A stretch of DNA of 64,000 nucleotides from positions 6,845 through 70,844 of the forward strand of contig CAYYLQ010000013.1 of assembly GCA_964472655.1 (NCBI GenBank), read 5' to 3'. Both the position numbers and the translations under genes were made by a program. Positions 38,421 to 47,134 of the stretch are shown piece after piece (positions within the stretch are counted from its first letter, which is position 1; each line of letters starts with the position of its first letter). The notes under the pieces were generated by a model that did not search any database, had not been told where the DNA came from, and saw only the letters and a program-made list of their open reading frames with translations. Source of the stretch: an uncultured Nitrospirales bacterium (lineage in GTDB: Bacteria; Nitrospirota; Nitrospiria; Nitrospirales; NS-4).

Positions 38421-40094
38421 TTACTTCTTCAGGTCCGCCCAGGCCTGCTGGTAGTCCTCGAAGGTATCCACCTCCATCCATCCTTTGTAGATGGTGAGGC
38501 ACGAGACTTCGTGCCCGCGCGCGACCAGTTCCTGGAGCATGTCGGTCAGCGACGCTTTCTGGAGCGAGGGCGCTTCGTGGAAGGGGGCGGCGGATTGCGG
38601 GGCGAGAGCGTGATATGCGGACTTCAGCAGATCGGTCCCCTGTTCGGAGAACATGGCCAGACCGATGAACTCGCCGTGCGCCCGTTCCTGGTCCAGGTGC
38701 TGACCGATCTTCACCAGTCGGCTGGGGCCGTCCGGAGGCACGAACCGGTAGCCCGCCGCCGGCGGCACATCCATCACGACGAGATCAGGCTTGACATGCG
38801 GGCGCGGCAGCGTGCGCTGGTCCACCCAGGCCTGATCCACCACGATCGTGATGTCGGCGGGGCTTTTCAGCAGCTTGTGCAGGATGCCGGTCTCGAAGAT
38901 GATGTCGGAATACAAGAGAAGGCAGCGCCCCGTCAATTCGGGCTCGGCGCAGAAGATGGACGTGAGTTCGCCGGTTTCTTCGTACCGGTCGTTATCGTAA
39001 TAACGCAGGTTGGGGAGCGCGATCTTGTCTTTCTGGTACCCACGAACGACGGCGATGTTCTTGATGTTGACGTCGTTGAGGGCAGCCACCTGGCGCTCCA
39101 GGATCGTTTTTCCTTTAATGTCCAGCAGGCATTTGGGCTTGTCCTGCGTGAGCGGCAGGAGCTGCTTTTCGAATCCGGCGGCCGGGATGATGGCCGTGAT
39201 CTTCTCGGTGCCCGCCGGGAGGAACCGGCGCTCGTCTTCCTCCATCTGGGTCACGCCGACCAGATCGTAAACCTCCTGAAGCGCGACCATCCGGTCCGAG
39301 ACGGCCTCGGCCCGGCTCTCTTTTTTCAGGACATCCAGGGTGTCACGCATGGCCTTGATGGCGGTGCGGATGACTTGATTGGCGAAGATGACGATTTTGA
39401 AGCCGTGCCGCTCCAGTTCCTCCGCCGTAACCGCGCCGAAAATGGTCGGGACCACGACCAGCGGGACGCGGCCGGACCACCGCGCGGCGACGGCGCGCAG
39501 TTCGTCGAATGTCGGCGACTTCGAATGAATCAGCACCGCGTCGGCGCCAGCGTCGGCGTAGGCCTCGGCCCGTTTCAGGGCTTCCTCCTGGCCCCAGCCG
39601 GCGATGAGCGCCTCGGTGCGGGCGATGACGAGAAAGTCGGGGGAGGCTTGTGCGGACTTGGCGGCGCGGACCTTGCCGGCGTGCTCGTCGGCGGAGACCA
39701 GTTCGCGGCGGACGCCGGCGTAAAAGGAGCACCGTTTGGGGAACACGTTGTCCTCGATGCAGATGCCGGCGATGCCCGCCTTCTCGTAGTCCTGGACGGT
39801 CCGCATCACGTTCAAGGCGTTGCCGAAGCCGGTGTCGCAGTCGGCGATGACGGGAATCGCCGCCGCCTCGACGATATTCTTGGTGACTTCCAATTGCTCG
39901 GTCATGGTGAGGAAGCTGCCGTCGGGGATGCATTTGAGCGAAGCCGAGATGCCGAACCCGGAAGCCCAGATCGCGTCGAACCCGGTGCGCTCGATCATTT
40001 TGGCGCTGAGCGCATCGTGGGCCCCGACCGTCCGGATGATGCCCGGCCGGTTCATCAATTCGCGGAGCTTGGCGGCGTGCCGTATGGATTTCAT
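38421..40094 (-). CDS. pepM: PEP mutase-like (ICL/PepM family) enzyme fused to a C-terminal nucleotidyltransferase domain
   Basis: IWASG, DCDTGFG, ARTEALIAG, LIHSK, VVVPT are PepM-like; loop is the variant EDNVFPKRCS; C-domain has LTQDKPKCLL, YSDIIF, WMEVDT. Confidence 0.75.
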   Translation of the reverse strand: MKSIRHAAKLRELMNRPGIIRTVGAHDALSAKMIERTGFDAIWASGFGISASLKCIPDGSFLTMTEQLEVTKNIVEAAAIPVIADCDTGFGNALNVMRTVQDYEKAGIAGICIEDNVFPKRCSFYAGVRRELVSADEHAGKVRAAKSAQASPDFLVIARTEALIAGWGQEEALKRAEAYADAGADAVLIHSKSPTFDELRAVAARWSGRVPLVVVPTIFGAVTAEELERHGFKIVIFANQVIRTAIKAMRDTLDVLKKESRAEAVSDRMVALQEVYDLVGVTQMEEDERRFLPAGTEKITAIIPAAGFEKQLLPLTQDKPKCLLDIKGKTILERQVAALNDVNIKNIAVVRGYQKDKIALPNLRYYDNDRYEETGELTSIFCAEPELTGRCLLLYSDIIFETGILHKLLKSPADITIVVDQAWVDQRTLPRPHVKPDLVVMDVPPAAGYRFVPPDGPSRLVKIGQHLDQERAHGEFIGLAMFSEQGTDLLKSAYHALAPQSAAPFHEAPSLQKASLTDMLQELVARGHEVSCLTIYKGWMEVDTFEDYQQAWADLKK

Positions 40095-40193
40095 CCTTGC
40101 GTATAGTGCAAAATGCTTACCCAGAAAGTCAACGGGAATCTGCCTCCTGCAAAGATTGTCAGAGCCTGGAAGGGGATGTTATAAGGCCTGCGT

Positions 40194-40928
40194 ATGGCTG
40201 CGAGAATCGCATTGATCACGGGCGGGGCGAAGGGGATCGGCCGCGCGATCGGGTTGGACCTCGCCGCGGCCGGCTGGGACGTCGCCTTGTGCTACCGGAC
40301 ATCCGAGCGCGAGGCCGCCGAGACGGCGTCGCTTATCCGGAAGACGGGCCGGCGCACGCTAGCCGAGCGGTGCGACGTCTCCGATCCGGCGGCCGCCGAC
40401 GCCTTTTCGCGAAAGGTCGAGAAGGAGTTCGGCGCGGTGGATGCCCTCATCAACTGCGCCGGCCCGTACCATCGGATCAACATCCTGGAAGAGACGCCGG
40501 CCGGGTGGAACGAGATGTTCGCCCATAACCTGCACGCGGTCTTCTACATGAGCAAGGCGCTGGCTCCGACGATGAAGGCCAGGAAGTGGGGCCGGATCGT
40601 CAACTTCTCCATGGCCAATGCCGACCAGATGGTGGCGCAGACCGAGGTGACGGCCCATTACATCGCCAAGGCCGGCGTCCTGATTCTGACCCGCACGCTG
40701 GCCAAGGCGCTGGCGCCGCATGGCATCACGGTGAATGCCATCTCGCCGGGCTTCATCAATTCGGGGAGCGCGCCGGAAGCGGAACTGGCGGCTATGGCAA
40801 AGAAGATTCCGGCGGGCTATATCGGTGAACTGAAAGATGCCGTGACAGCAGTCCGGTTCCTGCTCTCTGACGATGCCCGTTATGTCACGGGCACCAACAT
40901 CCATCTGAGCGGCGGCTGGGGAATCTAG
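40194..40928 (+). CDS. SDR family oxidoreductase
   Basis: TGGAKGIG, NCAG, VNAISPG; HYIAK at the YxxxK position. Confidence 0.88.
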   Translation: MAARIALITGGAKGIGRAIGLDLAAAGWDVALCYRTSEREAAETASLIRKTGRRTLAERCDVSDPAAADAFSRKVEKEFGAVDALINCAGPYHRINILEETPAGWNEMFAHNLHAVFYMSKALAPTMKARKWGRIVNFSMANADQMVAQTEVTAHYIAKAGVLILTRTLAKALAPHGITVNAISPGFINSGSAPEAELAAMAKKIPAGYIGELKDAVTAVRFLLSDDARYVTGTNIHLSGGWGI

Positions 40929-40937
40929 CGGGAACGA

Positions 40938-41663
40938 TCAATGTGTCGTGGAGAGGCGCTCGGGCTGGATCAACGTTGGGCCGTTCTCCGGGCCGTGGGG
41001 ACCCGACGGTCGAAACTCCTCTTCGTATTCGTACGCCAAACAGCATTTCAGGCGCCCACAGAGGCCGAGCAGCTTGTTGTCATCCATGGGAAGGCCCTGG
41101 GCCCTGACCATCTTCATGGTGACGGGCTTGAATTCCGTGAGGAAGCTAGAACAGCAGAGGACGAGGCCGCATAATCCGAGCCCGCCGAGGAGCTTGGCTT
41201 CGTCCCTGGCGCCGATCTGCTGCATCTGGATGCGGGTGCGGAACCGGCCCGCGAGGTCTTTCACGAGCATCCGGAAGTCCACGCGCTCATCGGCGGTGAA
41301 CAGGAACGTCAGCTTCGGATGGTCGAAGGCGGGAACGACCTCGACCGCTTTCATGGGAATACGATACGCGTCAATGAGATCACGCCAGTAGGCCATGGCC
41401 TCGCCGGCCAGCCGCTCGTGCCGGACGATGGCCTGGAGATCCGCGGGGTCCGCCTTCCGGATGATCGTCTTCATGTCGCGCATGGGCGGGATGAACGGGG
41501 TGCGTTGCGGCCGCCCGTACACCACGCCGTAGGTCACATCCTCGTTCATCTCCAGGATGACCCGGTCTCCGACTTCAAGCGCGAAGTCCCGCGCGCCGAC
41601 CTTCTTGGCGACGCCCCGGTCGCGCACCTTGATCTCCGCCACTGAAACCAATGGCATATCCAT
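40938..41663 (-). CDS. PSP1/RicT (YaaT) family Fe-S regulatory protein
   Basis: FTADERVDFR, QIGARDEAK..GG.GLCG..LCC, GLCGRLKCCLAYE. Confidence 0.88.
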   Translation of the reverse strand: MDMPLVSVAEIKVRDRGVAKKVGARDFALEVGDRVILEMNEDVTYGVVYGRPQRTPFIPPMRDMKTIIRKADPADLQAIVRHERLAGEAMAYWRDLIDAYRIPMKAVEVVPAFDHPKLTFLFTADERVDFRMLVKDLAGRFRTRIQMQQIGARDEAKLLGGLGLCGLVLCCSSFLTEFKPVTMKMVRAQGLPMDDNKLLGLCGRLKCCLAYEYEEEFRPSGPHGPENGPTLIQPERLSTTH

Positions 41664-41779
41664 GGCCCAAGTTTGGCCAAAACATCGCGGCAAGTCAATG
41701 CCGCGTTTCTTCAGAGACCCCTTGCTCATTTCGTCGGCAGAGGCCATCATACAGTGTCATCAGGAAAGGAGAGCAAGCC

Positions 41780-41995
41780 ATGCAGCGCAAAAAGCCTAAA
41801 GCGAAAGCGGCCCCCCCCTCTCCGGCGAAGATCGACAGGGAGGCGGTGATCAAGCTGGCGTACGAACTCTACCTGCGTCGGGGCGGGGAACCCGGGCATG
41901 ACGTGGAAGATTGGCTGATGGCAGAGCAGATTCTGCTGGAGGAAAAGAAACGCCCCGGCCCAACAGGTGGCACCGCCGGTCGTGAAAGGCGATGA
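41780..41995 (+). CDS. DUF2934 domain protein
   Basis: AYELYLRRGGEPGHDVEDWLMAE; GGAG SD. Confidence 0.85.
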   Translation: MQRKKPKAKAAPPSPAKIDREAVIKLAYELYLRRGGEPGHDVEDWLMAEQILLEEKKRPGPTGGTAGRERR

Positions 41996-42852
41996 CGAAC
42001 CGCCTTCTCGCGATCGCGCACGCCCTCTGGCTGATCCTGAAAAGGACGGTCGCAAAATTTTTTGACGATAACGGTCCGTTCCTGGCGTCCGGCCTCGCGT
42101 TCGACCTCCTGTTCTTCTGCTTTCCGTTCTCGCTGCTGGTCGTGTCGGCGCTGGGGTACGCGCTGGGCAGTTCCGATCTGGCGCTGGAGGCGCTGCACGC
42201 CGTCCTGCAGGAGCTCCTGCCGATCACCCGGCTGGCCTTCATGGATAATCTGTCGGTCGTCCTTGAGAATAAGGGACTCCTGGGGCTGTTGGGCGGCTCG
42301 CTGTTTTTCCTGTCGAGCAGCCTGACCTTCGGATCGGTGCGGGGCGTGCTCAACACGGTGTTCCAGGTTCGCGAGCCGTCCCGCTTTTTCAAAGGGAAAG
42401 CGGCGGATGTGCTGATGATGCTTCTGGCCAGCGGGCTCCTGACCCTGATGATAGGCTTCACGTCGCTGCTGACTCTGGCGGATAGTTTCTTAGAACGGTT
42501 TCCCCGCCTCGAAGCGGCCATCGGCCCTGGATGGGCGTTCGCTGGCGACACGCTCGGCTTCCTGTTCACGCTGACGCTGTTCTATCTGCTCTATCGCTTC
42601 TGCCCCTCCAAGACCCTGCCGCGGCCCGCGCTCGCCGTGGCCACCTTTACGGGAGCCGCCCTATTCGAGCTTTCCAAGTGGGTCTTCGCCTGGTACGTGG
42701 ACATGGCCGAGGCCACCACAGCCGCCTGGTATGGGACGGTCGGCGGCCTGTTCTTTTTCCTGATGTGGGTCTACTATGCCTGCGCGGTGCTGATCGTCGG
42801 CGCCGAAGCCGGGTGGAGCCTTCAGCAGGTGCTGCGCCGTGAAAACAGCTGA
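41992..42852 (+). CDS. YihY/BrkB family membrane protein
   Basis: LASGLAF, LYRFCP, YGTVGG..MWVYY...GAE. Confidence 0.88.
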   Translation: MTNRLLAIAHALWLILKRTVAKFFDDNGPFLASGLAFDLLFFCFPFSLLVVSALGYALGSSDLALEALHAVLQELLPITRLAFMDNLSVVLENKGLLGLLGGSLFFLSSSLTFGSVRGVLNTVFQVREPSRFFKGKAADVLMMLLASGLLTLMIGFTSLLTLADSFLERFPRLEAAIGPGWAFAGDTLGFLFTLTLFYLLYRFCPSKTLPRPALAVATFTGAALFELSKWVFAWYVDMAEATTAAWYGTVGGLFFFLMWVYYACAVLIVGAEAGWSLQQVLRRENS

Positions 42853-42909
42853 CAAACCATAGAGAAGTCGATTATACTAAGGTCGTACGGACGAACGAGG
42901 AGGAGTGCC

Positions 42910-43872
42910 ATGCACCGGCGGTCCGCTCTGGTACTGGCTCTTGCCGTCGCGGTCTTGCCTGCGCTCTGGGGATGCGCCGGCGGCTCTCCTTACCGTGATC
43001 CTGAATGGCCGGGCTACCAGTGGGGCGGCAGGAGCGAAGAGCGGAAGGCCGACCCCTTCCAAGTTCAGCAGCAACTGGCGGCTCTGACCGCCCAACTCTC
43101 CGCTGACATGCGCGCGCGCCAGGTCCAGCGCATCGCCGTATTCCCGTTCGAGAACACGTCCGGCTCCAATCCCGAATCTCTCGGCGCCTACCTGACCGAA
43201 AAGGTCACCAACCTGTTCTATGCCGATCGGGTGGGGCTGGTCGTCGAGCGGACGTACCTGAAGAAAGTCATCGACGAGATCGCGTTGGGCCATTCGGGGC
43301 CGTTCGATCCGCTCTCGCTCAAAGAGGTCGGCCATCTCCTGAACGCGGACACCCTGGTCCTGGGCAGCTACACCAAGCTGACCAACGGCGCGACGGAAGT
43401 GATGGCGAGAGCCGTTTCCGTGGAGACCGGCGAGATTGTGGGGGCAAGTTCCGCGATGATCTCCGGGAAAATCGTTCCGAATGTTCCGATCGTCGTGCGC
43501 GAGCCTCTTCTGGCCAAACAGGAAACCCTTCCGATGGCAGGGGCGCCGACGCCACCGCCTCAGGAAAGGCGCCCGTCGGAGCCCACGCAGGAACTGGCAT
43601 CCGGAACGTTCAATATCGTGCCGTCACCTGCGCCGGACATGGCCTACTCGACTCCGCAGATCGCGTCCGGCACACCATACCCAACATACCCGCAGCCGAC
43701 AGTCGTTCCTCCGTACGGTGCCGCCCCGAATACAGGTGGTCCCTTCTACGGCTACACGCCGGTCTGGCGTCCGCTCTATCCGTTTCCTTCCGGGCCCTAC
43801 CTCGCCAGGCCATTCGTCCAGCCGCCGTTCTTCTCCAGGCCCTTCGGCGGCCATCGCGGTCGGAGGAGATAA
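42910..43872 (+). CDS. FlgO/CsgG-like lipoprotein with Pro-rich C-terminus
   Basis: LWGC lipobox, IAVFPFEN, VVER..L.KVIDEI, ARAVSVETGEIV. Confidence 0.75.
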   Translation: MHRRSALVLALAVAVLPALWGCAGGSPYRDPEWPGYQWGGRSEERKADPFQVQQQLAALTAQLSADMRARQVQRIAVFPFENTSGSNPESLGAYLTEKVTNLFYADRVGLVVERTYLKKVIDEIALGHSGPFDPLSLKEVGHLLNADTLVLGSYTKLTNGATEVMARAVSVETGEIVGASSAMISGKIVPNVPIVVREPLLAKQETLPMAGAPTPPPQERRPSEPTQELASGTFNIVPSPAPDMAYSTPQIASGTPYPTYPQPTVVPPYGAAPNTGGPFYGYTPVWRPLYPFPSGPYLARPFVQPPFFSRPFGGHRGRRR

Positions 43873-43886
43873 GCGCTGCCCGCTAG

Positions 43887-44657
43887 CTAACTGTTTTCCT
43901 GCTTGTCGGATTCGTCCCAGCCGGGGTAGAGCCGTCGGGCGCAGTCAGGGCAGATACCGTGGCTGAAGTCGGCTTCCGAGTGGTCCGAGATGTACGTTTC
44001 CAGGTCGTTCCAGTAGCCTGTGTCGTCGCGGATCTTTTTGCACGAGGCGCAGATGGGAATCAGGCCGCGGAGGATTTTGATACGGCCCATGGCTGTTTGA
44101 AGTTCCTGCATCAGCCGTTCCCGATGGGCTTCCCCTTGCTGGCGGTCGATGAACTGGCCGATTTTGATCCCCATGTCGGTCATGGCCTGGAGGAGAGAGT
44201 CATCGGGCGCGCGAGGCTCCTGGCTGAAAAACTCAAACACGCCGTACACGACGCTTCGGATGACGATAGGGAACCCGAACGCGGCGTGCAGGCCCACCGC
44301 ATGGGCGGCGCGTGCACGTGGAAAGTTCGCGTCCTTGAGGACGTCGGGGATCCATACCGGCTTGCCGCTTGACCAGACGCGGCCTGGCAATCCGAGGCCG
44401 CTGGCGAAGGTGGTCGTCCGGGTCGCCTCGACGAACTCAGCCGTATCGATAGACGGGACGCTCCAGGTGCCCTGGCAGCGCAAGACGGCGTTCTCTCCGT
44501 CCACCAGCCAGACGGCGCCCAGATCCCATTCCGCCGTTTCACACACGCCTTTCAGCAGGAGGGAGGCCGCCTGGTTCAACGTGTTGGAGTCCACCAACGC
44601 AAGGCTTACAGCCAACTGCGTAGCCAGGAGCTTTTCTGCTTGTGTCCGTTCAGGCAT
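43887..44657 (-). CDS. GAF-domain protein with C-terminal Cys/His-rich domain
   Basis: GLPGRVWSSG, AAFGFPI GAF motifs; IPICASCKKIRDD.GYW...SHGICPDC. Confidence 0.85.
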   Translation of the reverse strand: MPERTQAEKLLATQLAVSLALVDSNTLNQAASLLLKGVCETAEWDLGAVWLVDGENAVLRCQGTWSVPSIDTAEFVEATRTTTFASGLGLPGRVWSSGKPVWIPDVLKDANFPRARAAHAVGLHAAFGFPIVIRSVVYGVFEFFSQEPRAPDDSLLQAMTDMGIKIGQFIDRQQGEAHRERLMQELQTAMGRIKILRGLIPICASCKKIRDDTGYWNDLETYISDHSEADFSHGICPDCARRLYPGWDESDKQENS

Positions 44658-44808
44658 GGTGCATTCCGTCGGCCTGTTCGAGTTCTTTGCGGACCTGTGT
44701 CTTGGCTTTTTTCCGGGAATAGCCGCGGGCGCCCTTCGGGGTGCTGTGCGGTTTGGTGGGCTTGGCGTCGAGGCGGATCGGCATCTTCTTCCGGCGCGGT
44801 TTTTTCAT
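44650..44808 (-). CDS. small basic protein, 52 aa, possible ArfA-like ribosome rescue factor (absent from ORF track)
   Basis: MKKPRRKKMPIRLDAKPTKPHSTPKGARGYSRKKAKTQVRKELEQADGMHHA; GGAGG SD; 8-nt overlap with GAF gene. Confidence 0.6.
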   Translation of the reverse strand: MKKPRRKKMPIRLDAKPTKPHSTPKGARGYSRKKAKTQVRKELEQADGMHHA

Positions 44809-44912
44809 ACGCCTCCCAGCATACCACGACCCGCCGCCGATGCCATACAGGTTCGAGTCTTCTATAATGAATGGGGATGCAAGTCCGGGACACGCTGAGG
44901 AGGCTGGGGCGC

Positions 44913-46343
44913 ATGGATCTTTCCTTACTGAAACGGCAATCGGACCATGAGTGGCGGATCGAGCCTTCCGGCAGGATGCGCGTGCCGGGGATCATCTTTG
45001 CCGACGAAGCCCTGGTCCGCGACATGGATCACAAGGTGTACGAGCAGGTGGTCAACGTCGCCATGCTGCCCGGCATCCAAAAGGCCTCTTACGCCATGCC
45101 CGACGCCCACTGGGGCTACGGCTTTCCCATCGGCGGCGTGGCCGCGTTCGATCCCGACCGCGGCGGTGTAGTGTCCGCCGGCGGCGTGGGGTTCGACATC
45201 TCCTGCGGCGTACGCACCCTCCACACAGGGCTCACGCTGAAGGACATTCAGCCGGTGAAGGAGCGGTTGGCGGACGTACTCTTTCATCGGATTCCCGCCG
45301 GTGTGGGGAGCACCGGCAAAGTCCATCTCGATCGGAAAGGCATGGACGCCATGCTCACCGGCGGCGCCCGGTGGGCTGTGGCCGACGGTTTCGGCTCGAC
45401 GGATGATTTGGAACGCATCGAGGAACAGGGCTGCATGGCGGGCGCCGAGCCTGATCGGGTGTCGGACCATGCGAAGAAGCGGCAGCAGGACGAAATGGGC
45501 ACGCTCGGTTCGGGCAATCACTACCTGGAAGTCCAGCAGGTAGTGCAGGTGTTCGATCAGCCGATCGCCGCCGCGTTCGGGGTCCGCGAGGGCGACATCG
45601 TGGTGAGCATCCATTGCGGCTCGCGCGGGCTCGGCCACCAGATCGGCACCGAGTTCCTGAGGCGTATGGTGATGACCGCCGCCGGCCACGGGATCGAGCT
45701 GCCCGACCGCGAGCTGGCCTGCGCGCCCATTCACTCGGACGTGGGGCTGGCGTATCTGGGGGCCATGCGCGCGGCCATCAATTGCGCACTGGCCAATCGC
45801 CAGATTCTCACGCATCTGGTCCGGCGGGCGTTTGCCGAGGTGCTGCCGCAGGCCGGCCTACCTCTGCTGTACGATGTGTCGCACAACACCTGCAAGGTGG
45901 AAGAGCATGTCCTCGATGGCCAGCCGCGGCGCCTGTTCGTGCATCGCAAGGGTGCGACGCGCGCCTGGGGCCCCGGCCATTCGGACGTGCCGGCGCGGTT
46001 CCGGGACGTCGGCCAGCCCGTGCTGATCGGCGGCACCATGGGCACGGCCTCGTACATTCTGGCCGGCACCAGCGAAGGCATGGAGATCGCGTTCGGCTCG
46101 GCCTGCCACGGGGCGGGGCGCGCCATGAGCCGCACGCAGGCCACGAAGCGGTGGCGCGGCCGCGAACTCGTCGATCAGCTGAAGAACCAGGGCATACTGA
46201 TCCGCACCCCGTCGTACCGCGGCGTGGCCGAGGAGGCGCCCGGCGCATACAAGGACGTGAGCGCGGTTGTGGACGCGGCGGACGAGGCGAAGCTCGCGCG
46301 CAATGTGGCGCGGCTGGAACCGCTGGTCTGCATCAAAGGATAG
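44913..46343 (+). CDS. rtcB: RtcB RNA ligase (archaeal/eukaryote-like long form)
   Basis: MPDAHWGYGFPIGG, GFDISCG, GSGNHYLE, HCGSRG, HRKGAT, SACHGAGR, EEAPGAYK. Confidence 0.95.
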   Translation: MDLSLLKRQSDHEWRIEPSGRMRVPGIIFADEALVRDMDHKVYEQVVNVAMLPGIQKASYAMPDAHWGYGFPIGGVAAFDPDRGGVVSAGGVGFDISCGVRTLHTGLTLKDIQPVKERLADVLFHRIPAGVGSTGKVHLDRKGMDAMLTGGARWAVADGFGSTDDLERIEEQGCMAGAEPDRVSDHAKKRQQDEMGTLGSGNHYLEVQQVVQVFDQPIAAAFGVREGDIVVSIHCGSRGLGHQIGTEFLRRMVMTAAGHGIELPDRELACAPIHSDVGLAYLGAMRAAINCALANRQILTHLVRRAFAEVLPQAGLPLLYDVSHNTCKVEEHVLDGQPRRLFVHRKGATRAWGPGHSDVPARFRDVGQPVLIGGTMGTASYILAGTSEGMEIAFGSACHGAGRAMSRTQATKRWRGRELVDQLKNQGILIRTPSYRGVAEEAPGAYKDVSAVVDAADEAKLARNVARLEPLVCIKG

Positions 46344-46394
46344 CTGAAGTAACTCCTGCCTTCCGTTGAACTGATCCTCTCGTACATCTTCCCG

Positions 46395-46991
46395 CTATTG
46401 CTCGGCTCGGGGCCGAACCAGGCTTAGAGAGCCTTCCTTCGCGGACTCGAGGAGTCCTTTGGTGATCGGGCGTGGTGATCCTGTGTAGGTCTCCTTCAGA
46501 TCGTCACGGGCCTCGTCCTGCTGATCCTCCACCGTACCCACGATCCTGCTGCTCGGCCCCAGGTTCGTGAACTGAATCTTCCAAGTCCCCAAGTAAGTCA
46601 GCTTGTCAGGTTGCACGGTGAACCTCGCGAACAGGTGTCCTTCCCATAAGCCGGCCCGCTCGTCATACATCAGCTTGCTTACCTCATAGGAGCCGGCCGG
46701 CAGATCGAGCACGAACGTTCCCTTCTGGGTCAGCGGGCTGGTCACATACTTTTTGTCTGATTTGAGCTGATTCAATACCCACCCGAATTCCTTGGGGAAT
46801 GAGGGGAAGGCAGACAGTTGGTCTTCGCCGTCCCGCACGATCGCGATGCGGCCGAAGACCAGGCCGTGGCCGAGCCTCTCGGTCAAGGCCGTGCCGGGCT
46901 CAACGGGTCGGACGAGCTCTGCACAGCCCCACACACAGCCTGCTATGCCTGCTGCAACGAGAAGATTGGATAAAGGCCTGCACTGCTGCAT
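46395..46991 (-). CDS. hypothetical lipoprotein
   Basis: signal with VWGC; beta-rich LPAGSYEV. Confidence 0.7.
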   Translation of the reverse strand: MQQCRPLSNLLVAAGIAGCVWGCAELVRPVEPGTALTERLGHGLVFGRIAIVRDGEDQLSAFPSFPKEFGWVLNQLKSDKKYVTSPLTQKGTFVLDLPAGSYEVSKLMYDERAGLWEGHLFARFTVQPDKLTYLGTWKIQFTNLGPSSRIVGTVEDQQDEARDDLKETYTGSPRPITKGLLESAKEGSLSLVRPRAEQ

Positions 46992-47035
46992 CGTCACTGC
47001 TCCTTCAGATGCTACAATAAAATAAAGCAAAAACA

Positions 47036-47093
47036 TTGTCAAATTGATATTTAAAATATATTATTGACAAATAAAGAGTCTTTTATTTATCAT
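47036..47093. promoter_or_regulatory. AT-rich divergent promoter region with inverted TTGTCAA...TTGACAA
   Basis: TTGACA 47064-47069, N18, TATCAT 47088-47093; AAATAAA-N6-TTTATTT dyad in the spacer. Confidence 0.55.
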
Positions 47094-47134
47094 CACTCCT
47101 CTATTGGCATAGTCATACGAGGGAGGAGACAATC

